A stretch of 64,000 nucleotides of DNA from an uncultured delta proteobacterium (lineage in GTDB: Bacteria > Desulfobacterota > Syntrophorhabdia > Syntrophorhabdales > WCHB1-27). Made by a program: the position numbers and the translations under genes. The number at the start of each line of letters is the position of its first letter. Position 1 is the stretch's first letter. The notes beneath the pieces were generated by a model. The model was not told the origin of the DNA. It searched no databases and saw nothing but the letters and a program-made list of their open reading frames with translations. The DNA is taken from assembly GCA_963810935.1 (NCBI GenBank), contig CAWEPK010000005.1, positions 288,001-352,000 on the forward strand, in the 5' to 3' direction. Shown one piece after another: positions 31,638 through 42,953 of this stretch.

Positions 31638-32795
31638 TCAACGCTGTTTAACCCTGACGATGAGCCCTTTCAGGTACTCCGTCTCGGGGATGGTGAGCAG
31701 CACCGGGTGGTCCGCCGCCTGCGTCAGCTCGCGGACCAGGTAGACATCGGCGCGGCCGTAAGCAGCAATGCGCACCATGTCCCTGAACCTCGACGGCTTC
31801 ATGTGGTAAGAACACGAAAAAGTGAACAGGTGGCCTCCCTCGGTGAGGCGCCGCAAAGCCTTCTTGTGCAAGTCTATGTAGCCTCTTTCGCCTTCCTTTA
31901 TCTTCTTTTTCGATTTTATGAACGAAGGGGGATCGAGGACCAGAAGGTCGTGCTCCTCCGTCGATTCCTTGAGATAGTCGAAGGCGTCGCTTTTCACGAA
32001 GGCGGCCCCTTTCAGGTTGTTAAGTCTCACATTCTCCCTGCACGCCTCGATCGCCTGGGAGGAGGCGTCGACGAAAACCGCCCTGTGGGCGCCGAAGTGA
32101 AGCGCGTAAAGCCCGAACCCGCCCGTGTAGCAGAAAAGGTCGAGGACGTCGCGGCCTGCCGCAAAGTCCTTCATAAGCATCCTGTTTTCACGCTGGTCGA
32201 AGTAAAAGCCCGTCTTGTGGCCGGACATCGGATCGACCAGGAACTTAAGCGGCCCAACTTTGATGACTGCGTCCCTTTTTACGTCTCCATAGACCACGTC
32301 CGTATAAGGAGTAAGCCCCTCTTCCGCCCTTCCGGCGCCCTCGTTGCGCAGCACGATTGCCGCAGGCGCGAGCACTTTTTTTACCGCCGCGACGATCGGC
32401 TCCTTAAGCCTCTCCATGCCCTGGGTGACGATCTGCACGACCGCCTGGTCGTCGTACTTGTCGATGATAAGACCGGGAAGAAAGTCCGACTCGGAGTTGA
32501 CGACCCTGAAGCTGCCTTCATAGAGGCCCGCCCTGAGCTTCAACGCCTCCTCGATGCGGCGGGCAAAAAACGCCTCGTCCGGCTCGATGTGCTCGCAGGC
32601 AAGGAGGCGCACGGCGATCAGGCTCTTACCGTTATAATAGCCCGTGCCCAGTAGGCGGCCGCGCTCCCCTGCCACCTCGACGGTCGAGCCGTCCGGCAGG
32701 CCGGCAGGCTTCGAGCGGACCTGGTTGCTGAAGATCCAGGGGTGGCCGGCTGTGACCGATTCCTCGGCCGTCTTGTCTACTATCACGCGTTCCAT
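31638..32795 (-). CDS. RlmI-like rRNA m5C methyltransferase
   Basis: GHPWIFSN PUA start, GHKTGFYFDQRENR, LDLFCYTGGF, LDPPSF, YLKG. Confidence 0.9.
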   Translation of the reverse strand: MERVIVDKTAEESVTAGHPWIFSNQVRSKPAGLPDGSTVEVAGERGRLLGTGYYNGKSLIAVRLLACEHIEPDEAFFARRIEEALKLRAGLYEGSFRVVNSESDFLPGLIIDKYDDQAVVQIVTQGMERLKEPIVAAVKKVLAPAAIVLRNEGAGRAEEGLTPYTDVVYGDVKRDAVIKVGPLKFLVDPMSGHKTGFYFDQRENRMLMKDFAAGRDVLDLFCYTGGFGLYALHFGAHRAVFVDASSQAIEACRENVRLNNLKGAAFVKSDAFDYLKESTEEHDLLVLDPPSFIKSKKKIKEGERGYIDLHKKALRRLTEGGHLFTFSCSYHMKPSRFRDMVRIAAYGRADVYLVRELTQAADHPVLLTIPETEYLKGLIVRVKQR

Positions 32796-32914
32796 AAGCA
32801 CAACGTCCGCCTAAATGAGCGGCGGTTCCCTGCTGTTTTCCCCCTCAGGGCCTGTTTACGAAAGTCGGGGAAGGATTAAGTTTCAGAGTATGGTTTCCCC
32901 TGTACGGCATGTTT

Positions 32915-33988
32915 TCAAGTATGTTTTACTTCTCTTCCAATGCGTTTTATATCAATATCCTTGAATCTATAATACAGATATGTCAGTTTTGACCACATGT
33001 CGGCATCGAATTCATCACTCCGAATGTATGCGTTTTGCGGAAGCATGTCGGGGTAAGCGTCTTCCAACAGCAGTCGATTCAGAGCTTTTCTACGTCTTTG
33101 CTCTGAACCATCCAGGCGGGAGAAGTTTTTCCTCCTCGACTGCCACGTCTTGTCACTAAGAAATCGGGCCTGCTCGCAAAGCTTTAGACTGTTCTTGGTT
33201 TTAACAATCCTTTGCTCCAGGTTAGGTATCTTCAAGAAATCATTTAGCGCGTCAATGGGCCGGTAGTTGGTAGGACGTTGTCCAACCCGAATATCTTTGG
33301 AAATTACGTCATAAGCAAGGCGGATAGCTTCTTCCGCGTTCTCGCACCTACCCGATGCAAATTCTTCTTCACAAAAATCAGGGTCGCCTATGTATCTCTT
33401 TATCCCTTCATTCTCGAAAGTCTCGACAACATAATAGGAAAACTCTTCATAGGCCATGTCCGTATCAATTAAATGCTTTTCTTCAAATAATCCTATGTCC
33501 TCGAAGGGGCCAAGCAGAAAATCGTCTATTTCCACTTCCAGATAATATTTCTTCTCCGACAAGTGTTCCCTAAGTTCCGCCGGGAACGTCGCTAAGATTC
33601 GTTTGTCATCAACTGCAAAATAGGCCATTTCAATCTTAGAAGATCCTGAGACATCCTCCCCTGGAACTGTACCTGAAATCTCTTTGTAAATAAGTCGATC
33701 TTCTATTACGTGATCTACCAAGATTCTCGTTTGTTCAGTAAAGAAGTCATTCTTGAGCCGGTGAATGAAATCGGTACTATTCGTTTTGGCGATATTGCTC
33801 AACTGATAATAAGCGATCAACGCCAGAAGCGTTGTGAAGGCGACCCCCAGGGACGCTCCCAAAAGTCCACTATGCCAAGAGGCTGCACAAGTCACATTCC
33901 AATAATAGAAAACTCCCCAAAAGAAAAACCCAAGCGGCGCCGCGAAGAGAATCAGCAGACCGGCCAAAACAAAGCGCTGGTTTTTCAT
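32915..33988 (-). CDS. AT-rich hypothetical membrane protein (DUF4760-like pattern, tentative)
   Basis: 357-aa ORF, two N-terminal TM helices, visibly lower GC than flanks, own promoter. Confidence 0.7.
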   Translation of the reverse strand: MKNQRFVLAGLLILFAAPLGFFFWGVFYYWNVTCAASWHSGLLGASLGVAFTTLLALIAYYQLSNIAKTNSTDFIHRLKNDFFTEQTRILVDHVIEDRLIYKEISGTVPGEDVSGSSKIEMAYFAVDDKRILATFPAELREHLSEKKYYLEVEIDDFLLGPFEDIGLFEEKHLIDTDMAYEEFSYYVVETFENEGIKRYIGDPDFCEEEFASGRCENAEEAIRLAYDVISKDIRVGQRPTNYRPIDALNDFLKIPNLEQRIVKTKNSLKLCEQARFLSDKTWQSRRKNFSRLDGSEQRRRKALNRLLLEDAYPDMLPQNAYIRSDEFDADMWSKLTYLYYRFKDIDIKRIGREVKHT

Positions 33989-34240
33989 GTCTCTATATTA
34001 GCCCACAAACAGGTAAAAGGCAATCTACCTACATGTTTCTTAAATAGTACATTCAAGGTCTCAAGGAATCACGCAAGGTTCCACGGATCACCCCTAATAG
34101 GAAACACAGCAGCCACTTTCCGACCACGTCAGCTACGCCACCCCTCACCCCACCCGCTCCCCCTATCGGGGGCGAGTGAAATATATAGAGGCACGATAGA
34201 ATTGGGAAGTGGTGGGCAAGGCAAGTTGCAGCGACCCAAC

Positions 34241-34380
34241 GGGCGTGCAGCCGGAGAGATTTCCGATGGATTTCGCGTTGCTTTTCGACCAAGCGAGCCG
34301 CAGCGTACGTTTTGTGTACGTGAGGACTCGCGCCCGAGAAAACGACGCGAAAGGCGCGGAAAGATCCCGGCCGCCCACCC
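34241..34380. repeat. ~140-nt nested imperfect inverted repeat (MITE/REP-like or ncRNA)
   Basis: Nested arms GCCGG/CCGGC, TTTCGCGTTG/CGACGCGAAA, GCGAG/CTCGC, CGTAC/GTACG. Confidence 0.6.
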
Positions 34381-34441
34381 ACAAATGCCGGCTGCTTCCG
34401 TGCAACCCCCATTTGTGCTATATTATGATAACCAATTCAGC

Positions 34442-35446
34442 ATGGAGGTCCACCAAGACTTATTGGAAGAGAAAACCGAAGAAGAGGTAGTGCAGCTATC
34501 TTTTGACGACACGCACCTCGCCCGCAACCTGTTCGGCCCCCGCGACGAGAACATAAAATATCTCAAAAAATATTTTGATGTCAGGACCAGCGTACGGGGA
34601 ACGCACCTCACCCTCGTCGGCAAAAAGCGGGACGTAGAAAATACGAGCAAGGTGATACACGAGCTTGCAGGGCTCGTCAAGAAGGGTTTTCCCGTAAACC
34701 CGTCCGACATCGACCATGCCGTCCGCTTCGTGGCCCACACCCAGCAGAGCGTGGACGAGCTTTACCAGGACCAGATCTACATCCCACCTTCGCGGAAGGT
34801 GGTCATACCCAAAACGAAAAACCAGAAGTCCTACATCCAGGCCATACGCAAGCACGACATCGTCATAGGCATAGGCCCGGCCGGGACCGGCAAGACTTAT
34901 CTCGCCATGGCCATGGCCCTGTCCGCCTACTTCAACAAGGAGGTATCGCGGATCGTCCTGACGCGGCCGGCGATAGAGGCGGGCGAGAAGCTCGGTTTCC
35001 TTCCCGGGACAATGTACGAGAAGGTCAATCCTTACCTGCGGCCCCTCCACGACGCCCTTTACGATATGGTGGACATGGACAGGGCCGGCCGGCTCATCGA
35101 AAAGGGCATTCTGGAGATAGCGCCCCTTGCCTTCATGAGGGGCAGGACGCTCAACGACGCCTTCGTCATCCTCGACGAGGCGCAGAACACGGGTTCCGAG
35201 CAGATGAAGATGTTCCTCACCCGCCTGGGCAACTCATCGAAGGCGGTCATCACCGGAGACATAACGCAGATCGACCTGCCCCAGAAAAGCTCGTCGGGGC
35301 TCGTGGAGATACAGGCCATACTTAAAGGCATCAAGGGGCTGCAATTCATATATTTTACGGAGAAGGACGTGGTGAGGCACCCTCTCGTCCAGAAGATCAT
35401 CAGGGCCTACGAAAAGAGGGCGGCGGCGGACAGGAGCAAGGTATGA
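34442..35446 (+). CDS. phoH: PhoH-family ATPase (YbeZ-like)
   Basis: [47 protein letters not shown]. Confidence 0.95.
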   Translation: MEVHQDLLEEKTEEEVVQLSFDDTHLARNLFGPRDENIKYLKKYFDVRTSVRGTHLTLVGKKRDVENTSKVIHELAGLVKKGFPVNPSDIDHAVRFVAHTQQSVDELYQDQIYIPPSRKVVIPKTKNQKSYIQAIRKHDIVIGIGPAGTGKTYLAMAMALSAYFNKEVSRIVLTRPAIEAGEKLGFLPGTMYEKVNPYLRPLHDALYDMVDMDRAGRLIEKGILEIAPLAFMRGRTLNDAFVILDEAQNTGSEQMKMFLTRLGNSSKAVITGDITQIDLPQKSSSGLVEIQAILKGIKGLQFIYFTEKDVVRHPLVQKIIRAYEKRAAADRSKV

Positions 35447-37152
35447 AGAGCGAAAAGGATAAACCTCCCTCGCGCCTCGCACTCAAGAAATACCTCGTTA
35501 TTTGCGTCTTTTCCCTAATCCTGGCCGCAATAGCCAATATGAAGGTCCCCATAATCCTGGAGCGATACCAGGTGGGCGACATAGCGGCAAGGACGGTAAG
35601 GTCGAGCACGGACTATGTCGTGCCGGAATCGGGCACGGCCGTGCGGAAAGGCGAGGTGATCGTCCGGGAAGGCCAGAAAATAAGCCGGGAAGACAACGAG
35701 AAGATGGCCTCCCTCCGCCAGATAGAGCACAAAAAGAAGCCGTTTACCCGCCAGGCATTCTTCCTTTTCCTCATATTCTTTTCCCTCATCACCATAATTT
35801 TCGAGTTTGCGGACAGGAACGTCAAAAAATTCCACTTGTCCCTTAAGGATTTCATTTTCGCGGCTTCACTGACCGTCTTTACGGTCTTCCTGCTGAAGCT
35901 CTGGATCATCGTCTTCGAAAGGTTCGCGCCGGAGTATGCCTCGCTCCTGTTTTACATATTCCCCCTCTTTCTTTTCGGCATCGTCATGAGGATCATACTA
36001 TTTTCGGAGGCGGTCCTCGTCTTTTCGACCATCCTGGCGGCAGCGGTCGCCTTTACGGTAGGGAACGGCAACGCCCTGCCCGTCTTTATCTATGCCTTCC
36101 TCGGCAACCTTGTCGCCTCCTATTTTTCGGGCCAGGTCGAAAGGCGCTCGACGATGCTCGGCGCAGGCTTCTTCGCGGCCGTCGCCATGTCTTTCGTCGT
36201 CTTCTTCTTCCATCTGCTGTTGGCGTATCCCTTGACCGACCTGCCGCTGAAGATAACGCTGCTGCTTCTGGGCGGCGCAGGCTCGAGCCTTATGACTGCC
36301 GGCCTCCTGCCGCTTATAGAGAGCCTCTTCGATTACACGACAAACTTCAAGCTCCTGGAGCTTGCGAACCTGGAGCACCCGCTCCTCGAGCAGATGATGG
36401 TGTCCGCCCCCGGCACGTACCACCACAGCATACTGGTCGGCAACCTCTGCAAGGTCGCGGCGGAGAGCATCGGCGCCCACCCGATACTTACCAGGGTCGC
36501 CGCGTATTACCACGACGTAGGCAAGCTGAAGAAGGCCCATTATTTCATCGAGAATACGAAAGACCAGGACGCCCACAAGAACCTTTCGCCCCGCATGAGC
36601 AGCCTCATCATCCTATCGCACGTCAAGGAAGGGGTAGAGCTTGCGCAGGAGTACCGCCTCGGCAAGAAGATATACGAGATCATCCACCAGCACCACGGAA
36701 CGAGCTTGGTGACCTATTTTTACCAAAGGGCGAAAGAGATGGAGGACCCGGAGCTGTCGGCTATCGACGAGAAGGACTTCAGGTACCCCGGACCGAAGCC
36801 GCAGACGAGGGAGGCAGGGATAGTGATGCTTGCCGACGCTGTCGAGGCTGCGTCCCGCACGCTTGACGACCCCAGCCCCAAGAGGATCGAGACCCACGTG
36901 CAGAATATCATCGAGCAGATATTCTTAGACGGCCAGCTCGACGAGTGCGAGCTGACGCTCAAAGACCTCCATGCGATACAGAAGAGCTTCATCACCATTC
37001 TGATAGGCATCTTCCACCAGCGTATAGAATACCCGGAAAGGACCGACGATGACGGCGCTGATAAGAGATTCCCAAGGCTTGTTGAAGCTGGACAAAAAGC
37101 GGCTAAAAAGAATAACAGAGGATTTGCTCGTCTATTCAGGGCTGCGGGATAG
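35443..37152 (+). CDS. 7TM-HD phosphohydrolase (PgpH/YqfF-like)
   Basis: Multi-TM region, [37 protein letters not shown]. Confidence 0.9.
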   Translation: MKSEKDKPPSRLALKKYLVICVFSLILAAIANMKVPIILERYQVGDIAARTVRSSTDYVVPESGTAVRKGEVIVREGQKISREDNEKMASLRQIEHKKKPFTRQAFFLFLIFFSLITIIFEFADRNVKKFHLSLKDFIFAASLTVFTVFLLKLWIIVFERFAPEYASLLFYIFPLFLFGIVMRIILFSEAVLVFSTILAAAVAFTVGNGNALPVFIYAFLGNLVASYFSGQVERRSTMLGAGFFAAVAMSFVVFFFHLLLAYPLTDLPLKITLLLLGGAGSSLMTAGLLPLIESLFDYTTNFKLLELANLEHPLLEQMMVSAPGTYHHSILVGNLCKVAAESIGAHPILTRVAAYYHDVGKLKKAHYFIENTKDQDAHKNLSPRMSSLIILSHVKEGVELAQEYRLGKKIYEIIHQHHGTSLVTYFYQRAKEMEDPELSAIDEKDFRYPGPKPQTREAGIVMLADAVEAASRTLDDPSPKRIETHVQNIIEQIFLDGQLDECELTLKDLHAIQKSFITILIGIFHQRIEYPERTDDDGADKRFPRLVEAGQKAAKKNNRGFARLFRAAG

Positions 37153-37501
37153 GGACCTGAGCATCCTTTTTACGGACAACAAGGAAATAGCTGCCCTCAA
37201 CCGCAAGTGCTTCGGCAAGGATTCTCCGACGAACGTGATCTCCTTTTCCTACCTCGACGGCTTTTCGTCCGAGGTGGCGGGAGACGTTATAATCTCTGTG
37301 GAGCAGGCGCAGAAAGAAGCGCTTGCGGCCGGCGTGCCCTTTTACGAAAGGCTCCTGTCCCTTATCGTCCACGGCCTCGTTCACGTGCTCGGCTTCGACC
37401 ATGAAAAAGGCGGGCCGGAGGCGCGCAGGATGCGGTACAGGGAGCACAAGCTGATGGCATATGCTACGGAACTTCCTGCATATAAAGATATCGGCCTCTA
37501 G
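37049..37501 (+). CDS. ybeY: rRNA maturation endoribonuclease YbeY
   Basis: PTNVISF, GDVIIS, HGLVHVLGFDH. Confidence 0.93.
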   Translation: MTALIRDSQGLLKLDKKRLKRITEDLLVYSGLRDRDLSILFTDNKEIAALNRKCFGKDSPTNVISFSYLDGFSSEVAGDVIISVEQAQKEALAAGVPFYERLLSLIVHGLVHVLGFDHEKGGPEARRMRYREHKLMAYATELPAYKDIGL

Positions 37502-38972
37502 CCGCCTCGCCGTGCTGTCGGGCGCGCTGCTGGTCGTCTGCCAGCCGCCAGTCTCGCAGTTCTACCTGGCGTATATCGCCCTGGCGCCCCTTTTCTTCGC
37601 CCTGGAACGGAAGCGGGGAGGCCGCAACTTTGCAAACGGCTTCATTTGCGGCGTTGTCTCTTACGTGGGCCTCGTCTACTGGGTAGTAGTCGCGATGAAC
37701 AGGTTCGGCGGCATAAGCATGCCGCTATCCGTTGCGACCATGCTCCTTCTCGTGCTTTACATTTCCCTGTTTACGGGCGGATTTGCATGGCTGATCGGGT
37801 TCTTACGCGACCGCCTCGACCTCCCCATCGCCCTGACCGCCCCTCCCGCATGGGTGCTCCTCGAATACCTCCGTGGGTGGTTGCTCTCCGGCTTCCCCTG
37901 GTCCTTCCTCTCCCATTCGCAATATAATTTCCTGCCCATCGTGCAGGTTTCCTCGGTCGCAGGCGCCTATTTCCTTTCCTTCCTTATCGTGGCGGTGAAC
38001 TGCCTGGTATACGGGGTGGTCGGCCGCAGGCGCTTGACCGTAGCTTACGGCGCGTTTGTCGCCTGCCTCTTCTTCGCCTGCCTTGCCTTCGGCCTTTACC
38101 GCCTCGGCCAGCCGATGAAGCCCGACATGCAAACGGCGATTATCCAGGGCAACGTCCGGCAGGACGTCAAATTCGACGAGGCATACCGGGCAGCTATTAT
38201 CGATAAATACGCCAACCTTACCCTCCTTCATTCAAGGCCGTCCGACCTCGTAGTCTGGCCGGAGACTGCGATGCCCTTCGTCTTCGACCCCGACCACGCG
38301 GGCGGCCCGATCCGCAGCCTTCCGGTGATGCGCGGGAACACCCTTCTCTTCGGCACGATATCGAAAGACGCCGCGGGCCGGTTCTACAATGCCGCCTACG
38401 CTATCGGGAAAACGGGCAAGGTTTTCAATCCGTATTTGAAGAACCACCTCGTCCCGTTCGGCGAGTATACGCCCCTGGCCGATTACTTCCCTTTTCTGCG
38501 TGAAATGAGCGTCGCAGCCGGCGATTTCTCTTTTGGCCCGTCGCACGACCCGATACGCACGGACGCCGGGAGGGTCGGCGTGCTCATCTGCTATGAGGGC
38601 GTCTTCCCGCACATTACGGTGGACACGGTGAGGAGGGGCGCGCAGGTGCTCGTCAACATGACGAACGACGCGTGGTTTGGGAAGTCCTCGGCACCTTACC
38701 AGCACTTCGCGGCCTACATCTTCCGCGCGGTCGAGACGGACCGGTACGTGCTGCGGGCTGCGAATACGGGGTTGAGCGCGATCATCGACCCGCGCGGGCG
38801 GACGGTGGCGGAGACGGGGCTGTTCGAGACTGCCGTGCTGCGGGGGGCATACGGGCTGCGGGACAGCGAGACGTTCTATGTCCGCCACGGGGATTGGTTC
38901 CTGCTGCTGGCGATGATTATGCTGGCTGTGGCTGTAGCTGTACGAGTCGTTGCCGTTTTGCGTGGAAGATAG
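37461..38972 (+). CDS. lnt: Apolipoprotein N-acyltransferase
   Basis: GFPW, IQGNV, VWPET, KNHLVPFGEY, LICYE, TNDAWFG, RAANTG. Confidence 0.95.
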   Translation: MLRNFLHIKISASSRLAVLSGALLVVCQPPVSQFYLAYIALAPLFFALERKRGGRNFANGFICGVVSYVGLVYWVVVAMNRFGGISMPLSVATMLLLVLYISLFTGGFAWLIGFLRDRLDLPIALTAPPAWVLLEYLRGWLLSGFPWSFLSHSQYNFLPIVQVSSVAGAYFLSFLIVAVNCLVYGVVGRRRLTVAYGAFVACLFFACLAFGLYRLGQPMKPDMQTAIIQGNVRQDVKFDEAYRAAIIDKYANLTLLHSRPSDLVVWPETAMPFVFDPDHAGGPIRSLPVMRGNTLLFGTISKDAAGRFYNAAYAIGKTGKVFNPYLKNHLVPFGEYTPLADYFPFLREMSVAAGDFSFGPSHDPIRTDAGRVGVLICYEGVFPHITVDTVRRGAQVLVNMTNDAWFGKSSAPYQHFAAYIFRAVETDRYVLRAANTGLSAIIDPRGRTVAETGLFETAVLRGAYGLRDSETFYVRHGDWFLLLAMIMLAVAVAVRVVAVLRGR

Positions 38973-39029
38973 GGTCGAAAAGCTGAACCAATGCTTTTTG
39001 CGGCCGGACCCTGCTCCGGTTCGTCGCCG

Positions 39030-40761
39030 CTAATGAGTGCTGCCGAAGGGCCGCGCGCGCTTATGCTGCTCCGGCTTTGCATATTGAATGAGGGAGCGGT
39101 GGGCCTTTCGTTCCTGAAAAGACTTGGCTACGTGCAGCTTCTCCCCGGTGACGGGATGCTTTTCCGTATAGTACATGCAGGCCGAGAGGGTCATGGGCAG
39201 GGGGGTGAAGTCCTGCACCTGCTCCGGCCGCATGTGCCGCCGCTTGAGATATGACGCAAGCTCCTCTTCGTCCCTGAGCGTTGCTCCCGGATGGGAGCTT
39301 ATGAAGTAGTTGACGAGGTAAATGTTTTTCCCCGTTTTCTCGCGCAATTCCCGGAAGCGCTCGACGAAACGTTCGTACACCTGGAAATCAGGCTTGTTCA
39401 TGGCACCGAGCACGCGGCTTACCGAATGTTCCGGCGCCACCTTCATCTGGCCTCCCACGTGGTGCCTGCATATGTGCTCAAAATAGTCGCCCGCCTCTTC
39501 CCCGACGAGAAGGTCGTACCGGAGGCCGCTCTCTATGAACATATGCTTCACCTTCGGCAGGTTGAGTATCGCGCGGTAGAGGCGTATTGCGTCGTTGTAG
39601 CCGAGCTTGAGGGCCGTGCACTTTTCGGGCAGTAGACAGACTCCGGTCTTTACAGCCGCCGTCCTTTGCCCACCGGGCGCACCGGGCCCGATAAAGATTG
39701 GCGGTAGGCCCGCCCACGTCCGTAATCGTTCCCTTGAACCCTTTCATCCCGGAAACCGCCCGCGCTTCCTTAAGGACCGATTCGATACTCCTCGATTGGA
39801 CGATCCTTCCCTGGTGCATCGACAAGGAGCAGAAACTGCACGAGCCGCAGCAGCCCCGGTGCGACACAAGAGAAAACCGTGTCGTCTCGAAGCCCGGCAC
39901 GCCGCCTTGCTTTTCATAAGAGGGATGGGGCGTCCGCAAGTAGGGAAGATTATAGATAGCGTCAAGCTCCTTTTCAGCCAACGGCCGGGCAGGGGGGAAC
40001 TGCACCACGAAGCGGTTATTATGCCGTTGCAGCAAGGCTTTTCCCCTGAAAGGATCCTGGTTTTGCGCGATGAGCATAAAAGCTTTATTGAAGGCATCCT
40101 TATCGTCCGCGACCTCTTCATAAGATGGAATCTCTACCGACTCCGACGTGGGCGCGGAGGCCCCCTGCACAATGACGGTGCCCGGTATGCCCGCCAGATC
40201 GGTCCCCTTATCGAGCCTGCGGGCGATCTCCAGGACCTGCGTCTCTCCCATTCCGTAAACCAGAATATCGGCCTTCGCGTCCAGGAGTAACGACCTTCGC
40301 ACCTTGTTATCCCACCAATCGTAGTGCGCCAGTCTTCGAAGGCTGGCCTCGATGCCCCCTAAAATGATGGGGATATGACCAAACGCCTCCCGCACGCGAT
40401 TGGCGTAGACGACCGTCGCCCTGTCTGGACGCAATCCGGCCCTTCCCCCCGGAGAATAGGCGTCCCGCAGGCGGGCTTTCTTGTGTGACGTGTAATTGGA
40501 GACCATGGAGTCGAGGTTGCCGGCGGTGATCCCGAAAAAAAGCCTGGGGGCGCCGAGACGCATGAAATCGCGGGTACTTCTCCAGTCCGGCTGGGCTATA
40601 ACACCGACCCGCAGACCGGCCGCTTCCAGCACCCTCCCGATGACCGCAGTCCCATAGGAGGGGTGGTCAACATAAGCATCACCGGAAACCAGGATAACAT
40701 CGAGCGCATCCCAGCCCCTCTCCCGCATCTCCTCTCTAGTCGTCGGCAGAAAATCGGACAT
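39030..40761 (-). CDS. YgiQ-family radical SAM protein (apparent +1 base at 39640)
   Basis: [28 protein letters not shown]; second frame [25 protein letters not shown]. Confidence 0.9.
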
Positions 40762-40828
40762 GGAGATAGTGTACCAGATTTAAGGGGCGGCAGGGCGAGC
40801 CCCGGCCCAAAGCACCGGTATAGCACTT

Positions 40829-42193
40829 TTACCGCGCGGCGCACCAATAGAACGCGGCGCCGATTGCGATGGTGAATAGCCCCCAGAAGACGGTCACGGG
40901 CTTGTCTATCAGCATCATCGACACGATGAGCAGGTTGCCGACGATGAATATTAGCGGCGTCGCCGGGTAACCGAAGGTGCGGTAAGCGCCGGCCGTCATC
41001 TTTATTTCGGCCCTCAGGCGGAGAAGGCCGAGGACGGTGAGGACCGAAAAGAGCGAGAGGGTGAACCCGATATACAAAAGCAGCGTCTCGAACGAGGACG
41101 TGAGGATCATGCATATCGAGATCGCCGCCTGCAGGGCGATTGAAAGCACGGGCGTCCTGCGCCTGTCGTCTACTTTCCCGAAGCGGCTGAAGAACGCCCC
41201 GTCCCGCGACATCGCGTAATAGACCCTCGGGCCGGTGAGGATCATGGCGCTGAGCGCCGAGAGGATGCCCACTGCGATAGCCCCCGTCAGCAAACGGCCC
41301 GTGCCCGCCCCGAACAGGGCCGACGCCGCCTTCTCTCCGACCTCCACCACCCCGCTCATCTCGCCTATGGGCAGCGCATAAACGTACAAGGCATTGAGGG
41401 CCAGATAACTGAAGGTCACTACAATGGTGCCTGCGAAGAGGGCAAGCGGTATGTTCCGCCCCGGGTTCCTTATCTCGCCGCCCAGGTAAGCGGCGGCATT
41501 CCAGCCGCTGTATGCGAAGGAGATGAAGATGAGGGACGTGGCGAACCTGCCGCTGAAAAGCGAGGCTGCCCTGAAATCGCCTGTAAAATGCGAGAGGGAG
41601 CCGCGCCCCAAGAGGAAGCCGCCCACAATGAAAGCGACGATCACGGTGACCTTGAAAACCGTAAGCGTACCCTGGACGCGGCTGCCCAGGCAGACGCTGT
41701 GCATATGAACCAGCGAGAGCGCGACAACGGCCATGACGCCCATAAGGGTCTCGGTAGAGATGACCGCAAGATCGAACCCGAAGAGGCTGACCTTAAGCAG
41801 CGTAGCGGAGGGGAGCGAGAACGCCTTCAGGAAATAGACGGAGAAAGCAATGGCGGAGGCGGCGATAGGGGCGGAAAACCCTACGATCAGGGACACCCAC
41901 CCGGACAGAAATGCGGGCAACGGCCCGAAGGCCTCTTTCAGATAGGCGTATTCTCCTCCCGCCCTGGGGAATTGAGCGCCAAGCTCCCCATAGCAGAGGG
42001 CGCCGCACAGTGCGAAGATGCCGCCAGCGGCCCAGCAGAGCAGAAGCGGCACCGGGTGGGCAAGGTCCCGGGCGACGAACCCGGACGTAGTGAAGACGCC
42101 CGTGCCGATCATGTTGGCTATCACGACGACGGTTGCGGAAAAGAACCCGATTTGCCTGGCCATGCCGGGTTTGCTTGTCATGTCAGCGCTCAT
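40829..42193 (-). CDS. APC-family amino acid permease
   Basis: MIGTGVF, GALCYGELG..PRAGGEY, AYSGWN, GEIRNP, RVYYAMSRDG. Confidence 0.9.
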   Translation of the reverse strand: MSADMTSKPGMARQIGFFSATVVVIANMIGTGVFTTSGFVARDLAHPVPLLLCWAAGGIFALCGALCYGELGAQFPRAGGEYAYLKEAFGPLPAFLSGWVSLIVGFSAPIAASAIAFSVYFLKAFSLPSATLLKVSLFGFDLAVISTETLMGVMAVVALSLVHMHSVCLGSRVQGTLTVFKVTVIVAFIVGGFLLGRGSLSHFTGDFRAASLFSGRFATSLIFISFAYSGWNAAAYLGGEIRNPGRNIPLALFAGTIVVTFSYLALNALYVYALPIGEMSGVVEVGEKAASALFGAGTGRLLTGAIAVGILSALSAMILTGPRVYYAMSRDGAFFSRFGKVDDRRRTPVLSIALQAAISICMILTSSFETLLLYIGFTLSLFSVLTVLGLLRLRAEIKMTAGAYRTFGYPATPLIFIVGNLLIVSMMLIDKPVTVFWGLFTIAIGAAFYWCAAR

Positions 42194-42224
42194 CCGGGTG
42201 GTTTCCGCCCCCTCCACCTGGGGC

Positions 42225-42896
42225 TTACCTCTTCGCCTGACCGAAGACCAGAAAATACTGCTTCGGCAAAAAGTTGTTCTCCTGCACGAAGGCGTAACCC
42301 GCACGGCTCATCTCTGCCTTTATCTGGTCGGGCGTGCTGCGCGCGCTCTTCGGCGGGCCGTCTACCGAATCCATGCGAAAGTCGATGATTGCGATGCGTC
42401 CGCCCGGTTTGAGCGAATCGTGGAGCTTGCGCAGGTATTGAAGCCGGTTCTCAAGATGATGGTAGGTATCTGCTATGAAGATAAGGTCAACCTTTTCGGG
42501 CAGGCGCGGGTCGTCGGGAGCCGCCTGTACCGGGATGACGTTGGTCAGCCCCATGTTCTTTGCGCGGTCGGCAAGGTACTTCACCATGTCGGCCTCGGTA
42601 TCCACGCCATAGACCCGGCCCTCCGGGACCATGTGGGCGAAGCGGACCGAGAAGTAGCCGGTTCCCGCACCGATGTCGGCAATAACGGCATCCGGCCTGA
42701 GCGCCAGCGCCTGGATCACCTGGTGGGGTTTCTGCCAGGCGTCGCGGCTCGGGTCATCGAACTCCTTCGCCCATTGCGCAGCGCCCTGAAAGCTATGGTG
42801 AGCCGTATCGTGATGGGTCTGCGCAGGCGCGGGCGGCGCCAATAATGCGGCGCAGGTTAACATTACGAAAAACGATAGAACAAATATCCGGGTCAT
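42225..42896 (-). CDS. Class I SAM-dependent methyltransferase with signal peptide
   Basis: Hydrophobic leader ending APA-Q; RDAWQKP, ADIGAGTGYF, DTYHH, LKPGGR. Confidence 0.85.
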   Translation of the reverse strand: MTRIFVLSFFVMLTCAALLAPPAPAQTHHDTAHHSFQGAAQWAKEFDDPSRDAWQKPHQVIQALALRPDAVIADIGAGTGYFSVRFAHMVPEGRVYGVDTEADMVKYLADRAKNMGLTNVIPVQAAPDDPRLPEKVDLIFIADTYHHLENRLQYLRKLHDSLKPGGRIAIIDFRMDSVDGPPKSARSTPDQIKAEMSRAGYAFVQENNFLPKQYFLVFGQAKR

Positions 42897-42953
42897 GTTT
42901 CATCTCCTTGTAGTCTTCGGCTTTTAGCTGTAAGGGCGACGACTACCGGCAGA

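Noticed and set aside
33710..34441. 244-aa N-terminal extension of PhoH
   Set aside because: Runs antisense through the orphan gene and across palindromic DNA; PhoH-like sequence begins near 34442, just after a TGcTATATT promoter-like motif.
37049..37152. 104-bp overlap of the HD gene and ybeY as another frameshift
   Set aside because: Both proteins are complete; the overlap is a non-conserved-looking tail and no indel is required.
42206..42218. CGCCCCCTCCACC matching part of the 77-bp element
   Set aside because: 13-bp match that coincides with the permease SD; no hairpins or flanking similarity.
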